64,000 bases of DNA. Source: a bacterium. Lineage in GTDB: Bacteria > JAHJDO01. The notes under the pieces were generated by a model. It searched no databases. It had not been told where the DNA came from and saw only the letters and a program-made list of their open reading frames with translations. This document shows positions 1 to 9,936 of this stretch, one piece after another; position 1 is the stretch's first letter, and every line of letters starts with the position of its first letter. The stretch spans positions 1,641 through 65,640 of the forward strand of contig JBDRTG010000007.1 in the NCBI GenBank assembly GCA_043824255.1, read 5' to 3'. The position numbers and the translations under genes were made by a program.

Positions 1-1467
1 AAAGTCCCGCTTGTAAAGTATACAGGTACAGACTTGAGAGATGTAGTACTGTTCTTAATAAAACAGACAGGTATTAATATTGTTGTTGACGAGGCAATAT
101 TTTCTGGCGAAGCGCCTGCTCAGGCAGCTCCTGCAGCGGAACAGGCTGAGGGCTGGGGTGGAGAGACGACAACTGCTCAGCCAACAGGTCCTGTAAATAC
201 AAAGGTAACATGTTTTCTGCAGGATATGACTCTCTTAAGTGTGCTTGAAGCAATACTAAGGCCTAAAGGACTGGATTATAAGTTTACAAAGGAGTACATA
301 TATGTATCTACCAAGGCCAGGATTCTGGCTCAGCCTCTTGAAGACCTGGAAACAAGGGTCTACTCTCTGGAGTACGGGGCCTCAATGAATATAGTGCGTT
401 TAGAAGAGTCGGGCTTCAAGACTACGGCTGAGGATCAAGTAACTGGATTGGGAGCAGCAGCAGCAGAAGGAGAAGAGGCTGCGGGAGTAAGCGGCGAAAG
501 CATAAAAGAGCTTTTGGAAGCCCTGGTTCCTCAGCCAACGGGAGCCAGTATTACTGTACAGAGCGAGCTCAATAAGCTTTTTGTTAAGAACACTCCTGAG
601 AATCTGGATAAGACAGAGAAGATATTAGCTGAGCTCAGAACTCCTGTTCAGGTCTCCATAGAGGCAAGATATGTGTATGTGAGACTGCAGAAGGGAGAGG
701 ACATAGGAATGGGTTTTACAGACATCGACAAATCTTGGAAGACAGGTAGATTGGAAAACGAAACACATACAATAAGCAATGCAACAATTGTATCGGGTAT
801 TACAGGTCTTGGAACTACTGGACTAAACATGACATATGCAGCTGTTTTGAATAGATTACAGTTTACGTCTGTCTTAAGAGCGCTCCAGAGCAGAGTAGAT
901 ACCAATACTCTTTCAGCTCCAAAACTGACAGTCCTTAATAATAAACCTGGAATTGTTAAGTTTGTTACTACAATAAGTTATGTAGATACTGTAACAAGCA
1001 GTAGTACAACTACGGATGGAGTAACTACCACAAATTATGATTATACATTTACGGATAGGGATGTTGGCATGATATTAAATGTTACTCCGCAGGTGAATGA
1101 AGCCACGAATTGTGTTACATTATTTCTACAGCCTGTGATTAGTAATGTTGACAGTTGGACTAGCTATACAATTTCGACAGTAGGAACAACAGCTTCTACT
1201 CTTTCTAGGCCTAATTTCTACAGCAAGGATATAGAGACGTATGTGACTGTTCATGATGGCGATACAATTGTTCTTGGCGGGTTTATGGAAGATACAGCAG
1301 GAAAAACTGTATATAAGGTGCCTTTTCTTTCGGATATTCCTCTGTTGGGTAAATTGTTTCAAACCAAGTCAAAAACCGGTGACAAAAAGAAGCTTTTGAT
1401 ATTTGTAACAGTTAATATATTGGATGCCAGTGGTAATGTGCGGATTACGCCACAAAGCACACTATAA
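1..1467 (+). CDS. Secretin-family outer-membrane channel (PilQ/GspD-like), 5' end cut by window edge
   Basis: Frame 1 is open from base 1, so the gene runs off the left edge; the ORF-track TTG at 34 is internal. The C-terminus carries the secretin signature VTVHDGDTIVLGGF...YKVPFLSDIPLLGKLFQ...KKLLIFVTVNIL, preceded by a T/S-rich beta region. Confidence 0.85.
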   Translation, partial: KVPLVKYTGTDLRDVVLFLIKQTGINIVVDEAIFSGEAPAQAAPAAEQAEGWGGETTTAQPTGPVNTKVTCFLQDMTLLSVLEAILRPKGLDYKFTKEYIYVSTKARILAQPLEDLETRVYSLEYGASMNIVRLEESGFKTTAEDQVTGLGAAAAEGEEAAGVSGESIKELLEALVPQPTGASITVQSELNKLFVKNTPENLDKTEKILAELRTPVQVSIEARYVYVRLQKGEDIGMGFTDIDKSWKTGRLENETHTISNATIVSGITGLGTTGLNMTYAAVLNRLQFTSVLRALQSRVDTNTLSAPKLTVLNNKPGIVKFVTTISYVDTVTSSSTTTDGVTTTNYDYTFTDRDVGMILNVTPQVNEATNCVTLFLQPVISNVDSWTSYTISTVGTTASTLSRPNFYSKDIETYVTVHDGDTIVLGGFMEDTAGKTVYKVPFLSDIPLLGKLFQTKSKTGDKKKLLIFVTVNILDASGNVRITPQSTL

Positions 1468-1473
1468 AGAAAA

Positions 1474-1548
1474 ATCTTAATTCTTAATTTCTAATTTTCA
1501 GTCAATTATTAATTCTTTAATTCTTAATTGTAATTAAAATTTAGATTT
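1474..1548. repeat. AT-rich 7-nt-periodic repeat tract (AATTNAR)n, reverse orientation
   Basis: cttaattcttaatttctaatttt...aattctttaattcttaattgtaattaaaattt lies in the intergenic gap after the secretin stop. It belongs to the same family as 2489, 4433, 5733, 25322, 35081, 35843 and 51931. Confidence 0.7.
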
Positions 1549-1582
1549 ATGCAACGGAGTTCACTGAATATTTACTAGCACA

Positions 1583-2446
1583 ATGAATCAGAAAAAATCG
1601 TTATATCTTATAGACGGTAATTCATATGCTTACAGGTCTTTTTACGCTATAAGGGAACTGAAGACGAAGGAAGGATTGCCGACGAATGCTGTGTATGGAT
1701 TTACTGTAAGTCTTACAAAAATATTGCGCATGAAGAAACCGGATTATGTGGGAGTAGTTTTTGATCTGCCGGAGCCTACTTTCAGGCACAAGGAGTTTGC
1801 CTCTTATAAAGCGAATCGTCCTAAAATGCCGGATGACCTGATTATCCAGTTTCCAATACTTAAAGAGGTTATCCGCGCTTTTAGCATTCCTATCTTTGAG
1901 CTGGGAGGATATGAAGCAGATGATATTCTTGCTACTCTTGCCAAAGAGGGAGAAAAGAATGGATTTGATGTATTTGTTATGAGTCCTGATAAAGATCTTC
2001 TGCAGATTGCAACTGACAATATCCGAGTAATACGTTCTGCTAAGAAAGACGCTGTTTTTGATAGAAAGAGAGTTTGCGAAAAATATGATGTTGAGCCTGA
2101 AAAACTTGTTGATATTGCAGCTCTTGGAGGGGACAGCTCTGATAATATTCCAGGAGTTCCTGGAATTGGAGAAAAAACAGCATCAAAACTAGTTAAGCAA
2201 TTCGGTGACCTAGAAGGTGTTTTGGAAAACATAGATAAAATATCGAACGAAAAGATTAGGAAAAATTTGAGCCAGTTCTCTCATCAAGCAGAATTAAGTA
2301 AAAGATTGGCTTGTCTGAGGGTAGATGTTCCTATCAAAATACGCTGGGAAGCTTGCACCTCGAAAGTTTTCGGTGAGGATTTTGATAAGAGCAAAGTTAA
2401 TAGACTTTTTGCAGAGTTGGGGTTTAATAAACTGATTTTAACGTAA
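1583..2446 (+). CDS. Stand-alone 5'-3' exonuclease / flap endonuclease (Pol I N-terminal domain type)
   Basis: Motifs LYLIDGNSYAYRSFYA, GYEADDILATLA and SPDKDLLQ, plus the H3TH motif SDNIPGVPGIGEKTA. At 287 aa there is no polymerase domain. Confidence 0.9.
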   Translation: MNQKKSLYLIDGNSYAYRSFYAIRELKTKEGLPTNAVYGFTVSLTKILRMKKPDYVGVVFDLPEPTFRHKEFASYKANRPKMPDDLIIQFPILKEVIRAFSIPIFELGGYEADDILATLAKEGEKNGFDVFVMSPDKDLLQIATDNIRVIRSAKKDAVFDRKRVCEKYDVEPEKLVDIAALGGDSSDNIPGVPGIGEKTASKLVKQFGDLEGVLENIDKISNEKIRKNLSQFSHQAELSKRLACLRVDVPIKIRWEACTSKVFGEDFDKSKVNRLFAELGFNKLILT

Positions 2447-2481
2447 CTCACCCTGCCCCTCTCTTGAGAAGAGAGGGAAAA
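2447..2481. repeat. GC-rich palindromic element, copy A (CTCACCCTG-N-CCCTCTCTTGAGAAGAGAGGGAA)
   Basis: It starts directly after the TAA stop at 2444-2446. A perfect 9-bp hairpin pairs CCCTCTCTT (2457-2465) with AAGAGAGGG (2469-2477). No T-run follows. Related copies lie at 33703 and 51833. Confidence 0.75.
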
Positions 2482-2488
2482 GAAAAAA

Positions 2489-2542
2489 TAATTAAGAAAT
2501 TTTGAAATTAGAAATTCATTGAAAATTTAAAATTTAAAATTA
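2489..2542. repeat. AT-rich 7-nt-periodic repeat tract
   Basis: aattaagaaattttgaaattagaaattcattgaaaatttaaaatttaaaattaATG abuts the coaE start codon. Confidence 0.65.
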
Positions 2543-3169
2543 ATGATTAAAAATTATATATTAATGGTAGTTGGCTTAACCGGCGGGATTGCTTCGGGAA
2601 AAGATACAGTAGCTGTAATGTTTGCTGATCTCGGTGCAGAGATAATAGATGCAGACAAAATTGCAAATGATTTAATAAATGCTAGGATTGATAAGGATAA
2701 TATTTCCGCAAAAATAGTTGGCTTCTTTGGCAAGGATATTCTTAATAACTCTGGGAGAATTGATAAAAAAATGTTAGCAGATATTGTTTTTAAGGATAGA
2801 AAGAAGCTTGAGAGTCTTAATCGCATAACGCACCCGGAAATTATCAAGATTATAAAGGAAAAGATTGCTTTGGCTACGCCTCGCAATGACGAAGGAAGTG
2901 TAATTATTATTAACGCGCCTCTTATTGTAGAAGCAGAAGCTACCTCGCTTGTTGATAAGTTAATAGTAGTTTCTGTAGGTATGGAGAATCAGATAGCAAG
3001 ATTAAGAGCAAGATCATCTTTAACCAGAGAAGAAGCCTGCAGAAGAATAAATGCGCAGCTGTCAATAAAAGAGAAGGAGAGATTTTCCGATTTTATAATT
3101 GATAACAATAATGGATTAGAAGAAACAGAAAAACAAGTCAAAAAAATATGGAAGGAGTTATGCACATGA
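2543..3169 (+). CDS. coaE: Dephospho-CoA kinase
   Basis: P-loop [14 protein letters not shown], a length of about 200 aa, and IIDADKIA downstream. The stop overlaps the rho start (ATGA). Confidence 0.85.
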   Translation: MIKNYILMVVGLTGGIASGKDTVAVMFADLGAEIIDADKIANDLINARIDKDNISAKIVGFFGKDILNNSGRIDKKMLADIVFKDRKKLESLNRITHPEIIKIIKEKIALATPRNDEGSVIIINAPLIVEAEATSLVDKLIVVSVGMENQIARLRARSSLTREEACRRINAQLSIKEKERFSDFIIDNNNGLEETEKQVKKIWKELCT

Positions 3170-4434
3170 ATAAACGTTTGGATGTTATAAAACTTAAAAG
3201 GATGGATGTTGATGAAATTCAGGGAATAGCCGAAGAACTTAAAATTAAAGATAACAGTGGCCTCCCTAAACAGGAACTGGTTTTAAAAGTTATTAGAGAA
3301 CATGCAAAAAGAGACGGACATATTTACGGGGAAGGGGTTCTTGAGGTATTAAATGAAGGATTTGGGTTCTTGAGGTCCTCAGACTACAATTATCTTCCAT
3401 GTCCTGATGATATTTATATTTCTCCATCGCAAATACGCCGTTTTAGCCTTCATACAGGCGATTTGATCTTAGGAGAGATCAGACCTCCAAAGGAAGGCGA
3501 AAAATATTTTGCTTTACTTAAGATAGAAAAAGTGAATTCTGAAGACCCGGAGATTGCAAGAAAAAAGATTAAATTTGATCGTCTCACCCCGATTTTTCCA
3601 CAACCGAAAATTGTACTTGAGACAGATCCTGATGAAATATCTATGCGGGTCATGGATATTCTAGTTCCTATAGGAAAAGGACAAAGAGGATTAATAGTAT
3701 CTCCTCCAAGAGCAGGGAAGACTGTGCTTCTTAAAAAAATAGCGAACAGTATCTCAAAGAATCATCCGGAAGTGATTTTAATAGTATTGTTAATAGATGA
3801 ACGGCCTGAGGAGGTCACAGACATGCAACGTTCTGTTAATGGGGAGGTAATAAGTTCAACCTTTGACGAACCCCCAGAGCGTCATGTGCAAGTGGCTGAA
3901 ATGGTGATTGAAAAAGCAAAAAGATTAGTTGAGTGCAAAAAAGATGTAGTTATATTGCTTGACAGTATTACAAGACTTGCTAGGGCATATAATGTGCTGG
4001 TGCCGCATAGCGGGAAAATTCTCTCAGGAGGCGTAGATTCTAATGCTCTTCATAAACCAAAGCGGTTTTTTGCAGCTGCCAGAAAGATAGAAGAAGGGGG
4101 AAGTCTTTCAATAATAGCAACAGCGCTGATTGATACAGGCAGCAGGATGGATGACGTGATTTTTGAGGAATTTAAAGCAACGGGAAATATGGAAATCCAT
4201 CTGGATCGGCGACTTGTGGATAAGAGGGTTTTCCCTGCTATTGATATGGAACGTTCAGGAACCAGGAAAGAAGATCTCTTAATAGATCAAAAAGATCTGA
4301 GCAAGATTTGGTTATTGCGTAAGGTTTTGATTTCAATGAGTGTAACAGAAAGGATGGAATTCTTAATTGAGAAATTGAAGAAGACCAAAACAAATAGAAA
4401 GTTTATGGAAACCATGAATCAAGTTGAAGTGTAA
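3166..4434 (+). CDS. rho: Transcription termination factor Rho
   Basis: N-terminal Rho_N ([18 protein letters not shown]), CSD-like [14 protein letters not shown], and Walker [15 protein letters not shown] chose ATG 3166, which forms an ATGA overlap with the coaE stop, rather than the ORF-track 3148. Confidence 0.95.
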   Translation: MNKRLDVIKLKRMDVDEIQGIAEELKIKDNSGLPKQELVLKVIREHAKRDGHIYGEGVLEVLNEGFGFLRSSDYNYLPCPDDIYISPSQIRRFSLHTGDLILGEIRPPKEGEKYFALLKIEKVNSEDPEIARKKIKFDRLTPIFPQPKIVLETDPDEISMRVMDILVPIGKGQRGLIVSPPRAGKTVLLKKIANSISKNHPEVILIVLLIDERPEEVTDMQRSVNGEVISSTFDEPPERHVQVAEMVIEKAKRLVECKKDVVILLDSITRLARAYNVLVPHSGKILSGGVDSNALHKPKRFFAAARKIEEGGSLSIIATALIDTGSRMDDVIFEEFKATGNMEIHLDRRLVDKRVFPAIDMERSGTRKEDLLIDQKDLSKIWLLRKVLISMSVTERMEFLIEKLKKTKTNRKFMETMNQVEV

Positions 4435-6352
4435 ATTAAAAATTAAAAATTCAAAATTAAAAATTATTCTTGCCCTACTTCTCATATATCTAATCTCTGT
4501 GTTTATAAGATTCCAGATACTCGACCACAGAGCAGAGGCTTATGGTTCTCTCCCTTTTTCTAATGAATCTGCCCAGCATTTTATATACACCAAAGTCATT
4601 GCTGAGACCGGTAGCCTGCCTGTTATAGACAATAAAATTCAATATCCTGAGGGTATCAATATCCGTAAAAAGAATTTTGTTTTTATGGAATATTTCTATG
4701 GGTATATGTATAGAATTTCAACATTTCTGGGTAAATTTCAACTAACTAGTTTTATAAGACACATTATTCCTTTACTTTTTTCATTAAGTATAATTGCAGT
4801 TTTTATATTGGCATATAATGTCTCTAAAAATCGGGTTGCAGCTTTAATCTCCTCATTATATTATGGAGTAATGCTTCCTTCTGTGCTGGAAACTACAGGA
4901 GAAATTTTTCTCAAACAGACTTTTGCTTTGCCATTTATATTTCTTAATTTAAGTTTACTGTTTTTTATTTCAAATCAGTATAGATACAAAACAAGACTCC
5001 TTCTATCAATTCTGGCTGGATTATTGCTTTATGTTGCTGTTATATCCTGGGACCTTACCCAGCTCTATTTGGGGATTTTATTTTGTTCAGTAGCGTTTTT
5101 GATTATATACAGTAAAAGCAGTTCGAATTATTTAGAATTTGTTTTCATAAGTCTTTTATTTATGATGTTTGCAGGTTTTACCAACCTTAGGCTTAGAGAG
5201 ATAGGATTTCTCTACAGTCATGGGATGCTTTTTGGATATTCTATAACTGCAATTGCTGTCCTGAAAGCTTTCATGATGAAATTGAAGCGATTAAATAGAC
5301 TGAAAACATTATTATTGCTTCTTGGCGTATTTGCTTTTTTAGAGGTTATTAATTCTCTTGTGCTAAAAAATCAGTTTAGCACGTACTCTCATATAACGTC
5401 TCTATTCCTCTACAAACTCAGGTTCTTAGGAGTAAAACCAGCTAATCCAGCTCTTTTGCCTTTTGATATAAACTTCATGTGGTTACCTGCTGATATTACG
5501 CCTTCGCTTATAGAGATAGTAACTTTTTTTAGCTCAACTCTTTTTATTGGAATTACAACTTTTATTTTGTTTTTCAAAGTATGCAGGAGGCGAAACTCGT
5601 TAAAAGAAGACATTCTCCTGGTATCTTTAACTCTTTTATTTCTGATCTTCTATCTTCTTTTTGCAAGGATGAGAGTATTTCTAATCTTCTTTTTATGTTG
5701 TTCCATCTCTCTTATATATAAGTACATACCACAATTCAAAATTAAAAATTCAAAATTAAAAATTAAAATACTGGTTACGGCTTTACTTCTAATGTTCCTG
5801 CCTTTTGAATATATAAAGACAGCTCATATTTGCAAAAAACTTGGATTTATTGAACATCCTTCGTCCATAATGGATGTATGCAAATGGCTTAAAGAGAACA
5901 CTCCTGAAAATAGTCCTATTGCAACAAACTTTTCAGTAGCAGGATTTATAAGGTTGTATGCAGACAGACCTGTATTAATTCATGCAAAAGTAGAGTCGGA
6001 TGATATAAGAAATAAAATAAAGAATTATATGTACTCAATGTTTTCAAGAGATGAAACGGAATTGTGGAGATTCTGTCAGGATAGGGACGCAAATTATCTT
6101 GTTTATACAATGGGGACTTATATTACTAGAGGAGTGTATTCATGGAGGTATATAACGGGCAATTTAAGATTTGATGAAACAATAACTGCTTTTAAACTTG
6201 AATTTAAACCTGAAGAACTGAAAAAGTTCGAATTAAAGTATAAGAATAGGTATTATAAAGTTTATAAGATATTCTCAAGAGAGGAGATTGAAGAGGAGGA
6301 CAAAATAAGAAAAGCTATTGAAAAATTTCTTGCAAGGTCTTCTAAATTGTGA
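4424..6352 (+). CDS. Polytopic membrane protein with GT-C-like architecture (STT3/PglB/ArnT-like layout); function uncertain
   Basis: The 642-aa protein has about 12-13 hydrophobic helices followed by a soluble C-terminal domain of about 190 aa. The only canonical start is TTG 4424, which overlaps the rho stop. Two in-frame copies of the AT-rich repeat are present. The call rests on architecture only. Confidence 0.5.
   Translation: MKCKLKIKNSKLKIILALLLIYLISVFIRFQILDHRAEAYGSLPFSNESAQHFIYTKVIAETGSLPVIDNKIQYPEGINIRKKNFVFMEYFYGYMYRISTFLGKFQLTSFIRHIIPLLFSLSIIAVFILAYNVSKNRVAALISSLYYGVMLPSVLETTGEIFLKQTFALPFIFLNLSLLFFISNQYRYKTRLLLSILAGLLLYVAVISWDLTQLYLGILFCSVAFLIIYSKSSSNYLEFVFISLLFMMFAGFTNLRLREIGFLYSHGMLFGYSITAIAVLKAFMMKLKRLNRLKTLLLLLGVFAFLEVINSLVLKNQFSTYSHITSLFLYKLRFLGVKPANPALLPFDINFMWLPADITPSLIEIVTFFSSTLFIGITTFILFFKVCRRRNSLKEDILLVSLTLLFLIFYLLFARMRVFLIFFLCCSISLIYKYIPQFKIKNSKLKIKILVTALLLMFLPFEYIKTAHICKKLGFIEHPSSIMDVCKWLKENTPENSPIATNFSVAGFIRLYADRPVLIHAKVESDDIRNKIKNYMYSMFSRDETELWRFCQDRDANYLVYTMGTYITRGVYSWRYITGNLRFDETITAFKLEFKPEELKKFELKYKNRYYKVYKIFSREEIEEEDKIRKAIEKFLARSSKL
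4433..4468. repeat. AT-rich repeat copy (28-nt core 4439-4466 identical to 5738-5765)
   Basis: The core AAAATTAAAAATTCAAAATTAAAAATTA is translated in-frame as KIKNSKLKI at the N-terminus of ORF 4424..6352. Confidence 0.85.
5733..5770. repeat. AT-rich repeat copy inside a CDS (core 5738-5765)
   Basis: This is the same 28-nt core in the same reading frame (KIKNSKLKI), at about residue 438. It sits directly before the last TM helix. Confidence 0.85.
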
Positions 6353-6385
6353 TATAAAATCCCGAGAAGTAACCCGGCAAATAGA

Positions 6386-6422
6386 AAAGAGTGGGTAATA
6401 CGTTTCCCCACTCTTTGTTGTT
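6386..6422 (+). terminator. Rho-independent terminator
   Basis: A 10-bp stem pairs AAAGAGTGGG (6386-6395) with CCCACTCTTT (6407-6416), followed by GTTGTT. It lies 34 nt after the stop at 6352. Confidence 0.6.
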
Positions 6423-6436
6423 AATAGGGGATTGTC

Positions 6437-7636
6437 ATGAATAAAGAGATTTTTGGAATTATAGCAGCGCTTTGTAAAGAGAAAAATATAAAAGAAGATA
6501 TTCTTGTAGAGGCTGTCGAGGCAGCTTTATTATCAGCTGCGCAAAAAAAATTAGGAGACTCTATAGACCTTAAGGTGTCTATTGGTGGAGATAGGAAAGA
6601 GATTTGTGTTTTTTTAAGAAAAAAAGTTGTACGTAGTGTAGTAGATCCACATAAGGAAATTGGCGTTAAAGAGGCAAAAAAGATAGATAAGAATTTGAAA
6701 GTCGGCAGCATATATGTCGAGGAAATAACGCCTCATGATTTTGGCAGAATAGCAGCTCAGACTGCAAAACAGGTAATAATACAAAAGATAAGAGATGTAG
6801 AAAATGACAATCTGTATGAAAAGTTTAGAGATAGACAGGGCACTTTAATTAATGGAGTTGTGTATAGATTTGATTATGGAGATGTGATAATTGACCTCGG
6901 CGATGCTGAAGCTCGGATGCCGTATAGGGAGCGTTTGCAGAATGAGAGATATAGACAGGGTGATAGAATACGAGCCTATATTTTGGAAGTCGCAGATACA
7001 GGAAGTAAAGTTAAGATAATTGTTTCTAGAACGCATCCAGGGTTTGTGAAACGATTACTTGAGTTAGAGGTTCCTGAAATCGCTCAAAATATAGTTGAAA
7101 TAAAAGCTATTGCAAGAGAAGCAGGAGATAGAACGAAAATAGCTGTTTGCAGCAACAAAGAGAATGTTGATTGTGTCGGAGCGTGTGTCGGGATAAAAGG
7201 CACTAGGATAAAGGCAGTTATTGAGGAACTTGCTGGTGAGAGGATTGATGTTATTGAATGGGATAAAGATCTTAAAACCTTTATTAGGAAAGCATTGGCC
7301 CCAGCTGAAATAAAAAGTGTAAAATTGGATGAGGAAAATAAAGCAGCGACTATATTAGTTGCCCCTGATCAACTCGCTATTGCAATTGGCAAAAAAGGTC
7401 AGAATGTAAAGTTAACATCACGGTTAGTTGATTGCAGGATTGATATAGTTGCTGATGAAAAGAAAGAGAAAAAAGAAAAAATTAGCATACCTGGCATTGG
7501 TAATGGAATAATAGGTATTTTAGAAACTCATGGATATGATACAATGAGCAAGCTTAGTAAGATATCAGTAAAGGATTTACTTAAATTACCTGGTATTGGA
7601 ATAAAAACAGCCGCAAAGATAAAAATGCTTAAATAA
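6437..7636 (+). CDS. nusA: Transcription termination/antitermination factor NusA
   Basis: NusA N-domain (EALLSAAQKK), S1 (GVVYRFDYGDVIIDLG), KH domains (GACVGIKGTRIKAV; AIGKKGQNVKL) and a C-terminal HhH. Confidence 0.95.
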   Translation: MNKEIFGIIAALCKEKNIKEDILVEAVEAALLSAAQKKLGDSIDLKVSIGGDRKEICVFLRKKVVRSVVDPHKEIGVKEAKKIDKNLKVGSIYVEEITPHDFGRIAAQTAKQVIIQKIRDVENDNLYEKFRDRQGTLINGVVYRFDYGDVIIDLGDAEARMPYRERLQNERYRQGDRIRAYILEVADTGSKVKIIVSRTHPGFVKRLLELEVPEIAQNIVEIKAIAREAGDRTKIAVCSNKENVDCVGACVGIKGTRIKAVIEELAGERIDVIEWDKDLKTFIRKALAPAEIKSVKLDEENKAATILVAPDQLAIAIGKKGQNVKLTSRLVDCRIDIVADEKKEKKEKISIPGIGNGIIGILETHGYDTMSKLSKISVKDLLKLPGIGIKTAAKIKMLK

Positions 7637-7654
7637 ACTTAGGCTTATGAAAAA

Positions 7655-9580
7655 ATGAAAGCACACAAATTAGCAAAAAAAGTTGGTTTGTCAAGTAAAG
7701 AGGTCATAAAAGAGCTGAAAAAGTTGGGGGTTAGTATAAAAACCCATATGAGTGATATAGAGGATGACGCATGTAACCTTTTTATTGAGATGTTAAGAGA
7801 AGAAGGGAAGCTCAAAGAAGAGAAAACTGTAAAGAAAGAGAAATCTTCATTGGATGACTCGTCGGATGGTCTTTTAATACCTTCAGATATCACTGTTGGA
7901 CAGCTCGCAACAATGATTAATGTAAATGCAACTGCATTAATTAAGAAGTTAATCGAAAGAGGCATTTTTGCTAATGTTAACCAGACGCTCAAGTCTGAAC
8001 TTGCTGTTGAAGTTGCTATAGAGTTAGGTTACGATCCCAATCTAATTAAAGTTGCTGATGAAAAAGATGTTATTGTCAGGACAAAAATAAAAACTAAGGG
8101 ATCCGTTTCAAGAGCTCCTATTGTAACAGTAATGGGTCATGTTGACCACGGGAAAACATGTCTCTTAGATGTCATTAGACATGCAAATGTTGCTGGTAGT
8201 GAAAAAGGAAGCATTACACAGCATATAGGGGCATACAAAGTAAATGTTAACAAAAGAGATGTGGTTTTTATTGACACTCCTGGGCACGAAGCATTCACAT
8301 CTATGAGAGCTAGAGGCGCACATGTTACAGATATAGTAGTATTAGTTGTGGCAGCAGATGATGGTATTATGCCGCAAACAGTAGAGGCTATTAATCATGC
8401 AAGAGCAGCTAATGTACCAATTGTAGTAGCGATTAATAAGATTGATAAACCGGATGCAGATGTAGAGCGAGTGAAAAAGCAATTAGCAGAACAGGACTTG
8501 ACTCCTGAAGAGTGGGGAGGGAAAACTGTATGTGTGGAAGTATCAGCTACTAAGAAGCAGGGATTGGATAATTTGTTGGAAATGCTGTTACTAGAGACTG
8601 ACATGCTAGAGCTGACTGTAAATACCTCTTCTCCTGCAAAGGGCACAGTCATAGAATCCAGAATAGATAAAGGCAAAGGGCATGTGGCTACAGTTATTAT
8701 ACAAGAGGGGACTTTGCGAATGGGAGATGCTTTTATTTCCGGGATGTGTTGTGGTAAGGTGCGAGCTTTAATAAATGATAAAGGCAAAAGAGTATATGAA
8801 GCAGGTCCATCTACTCCTGTAGAAATACTTGGATTTTCAGAAGCTCCAGAAATAGGCGAAGGGTTTTTAGCCGTAGACTCTGAAAAAGTTGCCAAAGAAA
8901 TGAGTTTAAGATTAGAAGCTGAAAAACATGGTAAAGGAGGCAACCTTGCTGATTTTAACATCAAAGATGGCAAGATAAAAGTAATTTTTCTTATTATTAA
9001 AGGCGATGTTAGAGGGTCTATTGAACCGTTATGTAACTCATTAGAAGCCCTGAACATGGAAAAAATCAAGGTAAATATTATTCATAGCGGTATAGGAAGT
9101 ATTAATGAATCGGATGTTTTACTGGCATCTTCTTCTGGCGCAATAATACTGGGTTTTGGCGTTCATGCAGAATCAGGAGCATTAGATATTGCAGAAAAGA
9201 ATGATGTATCCATAAGGTATTATAGTATTATATATGAAGCTGTTGATAATATTAAAAAACTGGTTGAAGCGTTGATTGAGCCTGAATATAAAAAGGTTTT
9301 AATAGGAAAAGCAGAAGTGCGTCAGATTTTCAAGATCTCAAAAACTACGTTAATTTGTGGGTCGTATGTTTTAGAAGGGAAGATCAGGAGAGATTGCATA
9401 GCTACTTTAACAAGAGAAGGAAAACCTGTTTATCAAGGCAAGATATCTTCTTTGCGTAGATTTAAGAATGATGCAAAAGAAGTTAAAGCAGAGCTCGAAT
9501 GTGGAATTGGGCTGGACAACTGCAAAGATGTTCAAGAAGGTGATATTATAGAGGCGCATGTAATGGAAAAGGAAGGCTGA
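7655..9580 (+). CDS. infB: Translation initiation factor IF-2
   Basis: G domain with [20 protein letters not shown] and NKIDK. It follows nusA in the canonical order. Confidence 0.95.
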   Translation: MKAHKLAKKVGLSSKEVIKELKKLGVSIKTHMSDIEDDACNLFIEMLREEGKLKEEKTVKKEKSSLDDSSDGLLIPSDITVGQLATMINVNATALIKKLIERGIFANVNQTLKSELAVEVAIELGYDPNLIKVADEKDVIVRTKIKTKGSVSRAPIVTVMGHVDHGKTCLLDVIRHANVAGSEKGSITQHIGAYKVNVNKRDVVFIDTPGHEAFTSMRARGAHVTDIVVLVVAADDGIMPQTVEAINHARAANVPIVVAINKIDKPDADVERVKKQLAEQDLTPEEWGGKTVCVEVSATKKQGLDNLLEMLLLETDMLELTVNTSSPAKGTVIESRIDKGKGHVATVIIQEGTLRMGDAFISGMCCGKVRALINDKGKRVYEAGPSTPVEILGFSEAPEIGEGFLAVDSEKVAKEMSLRLEAEKHGKGGNLADFNIKDGKIKVIFLIIKGDVRGSIEPLCNSLEALNMEKIKVNIIHSGIGSINESDVLLASSSGAIILGFGVHAESGALDIAEKNDVSIRYYSIIYEAVDNIKKLVEALIEPEYKKVLIGKAEVRQIFKISKTTLICGSYVLEGKIRRDCIATLTREGKPVYQGKISSLRRFKNDAKEVKAELECGIGLDNCKDVQEGDIIEAHVMEKEG

Positions 9581-9597
9581 AATAATATTGGGTTATT

Positions 9598-9936
9598 GTG
9601 TCAAGGCGAACAGATCGAATAAATCAATCCTTAAAAAGAGAAATCAGCAGGATATTGCTTACAGATATGAATGATATATCTGTAAAACTTGTTACAATTA
9701 ATAGGGTTGAGGTAAGTTCTGATCTGCACTGTGCTAAGGTTTATCTAATTCCTTTTGGGGAAGATAAAAATAGGGTTATGAGGCATATCCGGAAAGCTAG
9801 TGGATTTATCAGGACGTGTATTGCCAACAGTATGAATCTAAGGATTACTCCTGAGCTACACTTTATATATGATAAGGCTTTTGAAGATGGAATGCGTGTT
9901 CTAAAGAAGATAGATGAAATTTCTAAGCAAAAATGA
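9598..9936 (+). CDS. rbfA: Ribosome-binding factor A
   Basis: The 112-aa protein reads RINQSLKREISRILL...L..VEVS.DL..AKVY and sits downstream of infB. It uses a GTG start. Confidence 0.85.
   Translation: MSRRTDRINQSLKREISRILLTDMNDISVKLVTINRVEVSSDLHCAKVYLIPFGEDKNRVMRHIRKASGFIRTCIANSMNLRITPELHFIYDKAFEDGMRVLKKIDEISKQK

Noticed and set aside
1474-2542. Could the AT-rich periodic tracts (also at 4433, 5733, 25322, 35081 and 51931) be a CRISPR array or a replication origin?
   Set aside because: The unit is only 7 nt long and there are no unique spacers of constant length. The copies are scattered rather than arrayed. No DnaA-box-like 9-mers or cas genes were seen. They are better described as a dispersed low-complexity repeat family.
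4424-6352. Could the internal repeat at 5733-5770 mark a boundary between two separate genes?
   Set aside because: The frame stays open through the repeat with no stop codon. The downstream part (one TM helix plus a soluble domain) matches the normal C-terminal end of a GT-C enzyme. I kept it as one ORF.
8395-9069. A 224-aa antisense ORF inside infB, plus similar antisense or alternative-frame ORFs. Examples: 1804..2232, 15272..15700, 15499..15957, 29242..29742, 29431..29850, 31500..31910, 47991..48344 and 49242..49712.
   Set aside because: Each lies entirely within a gene whose product has clear family motifs. Their translations are low-complexity or Ser/Cys/Ile-rich, with no recognisable motif. 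They look like shadow ORFs.
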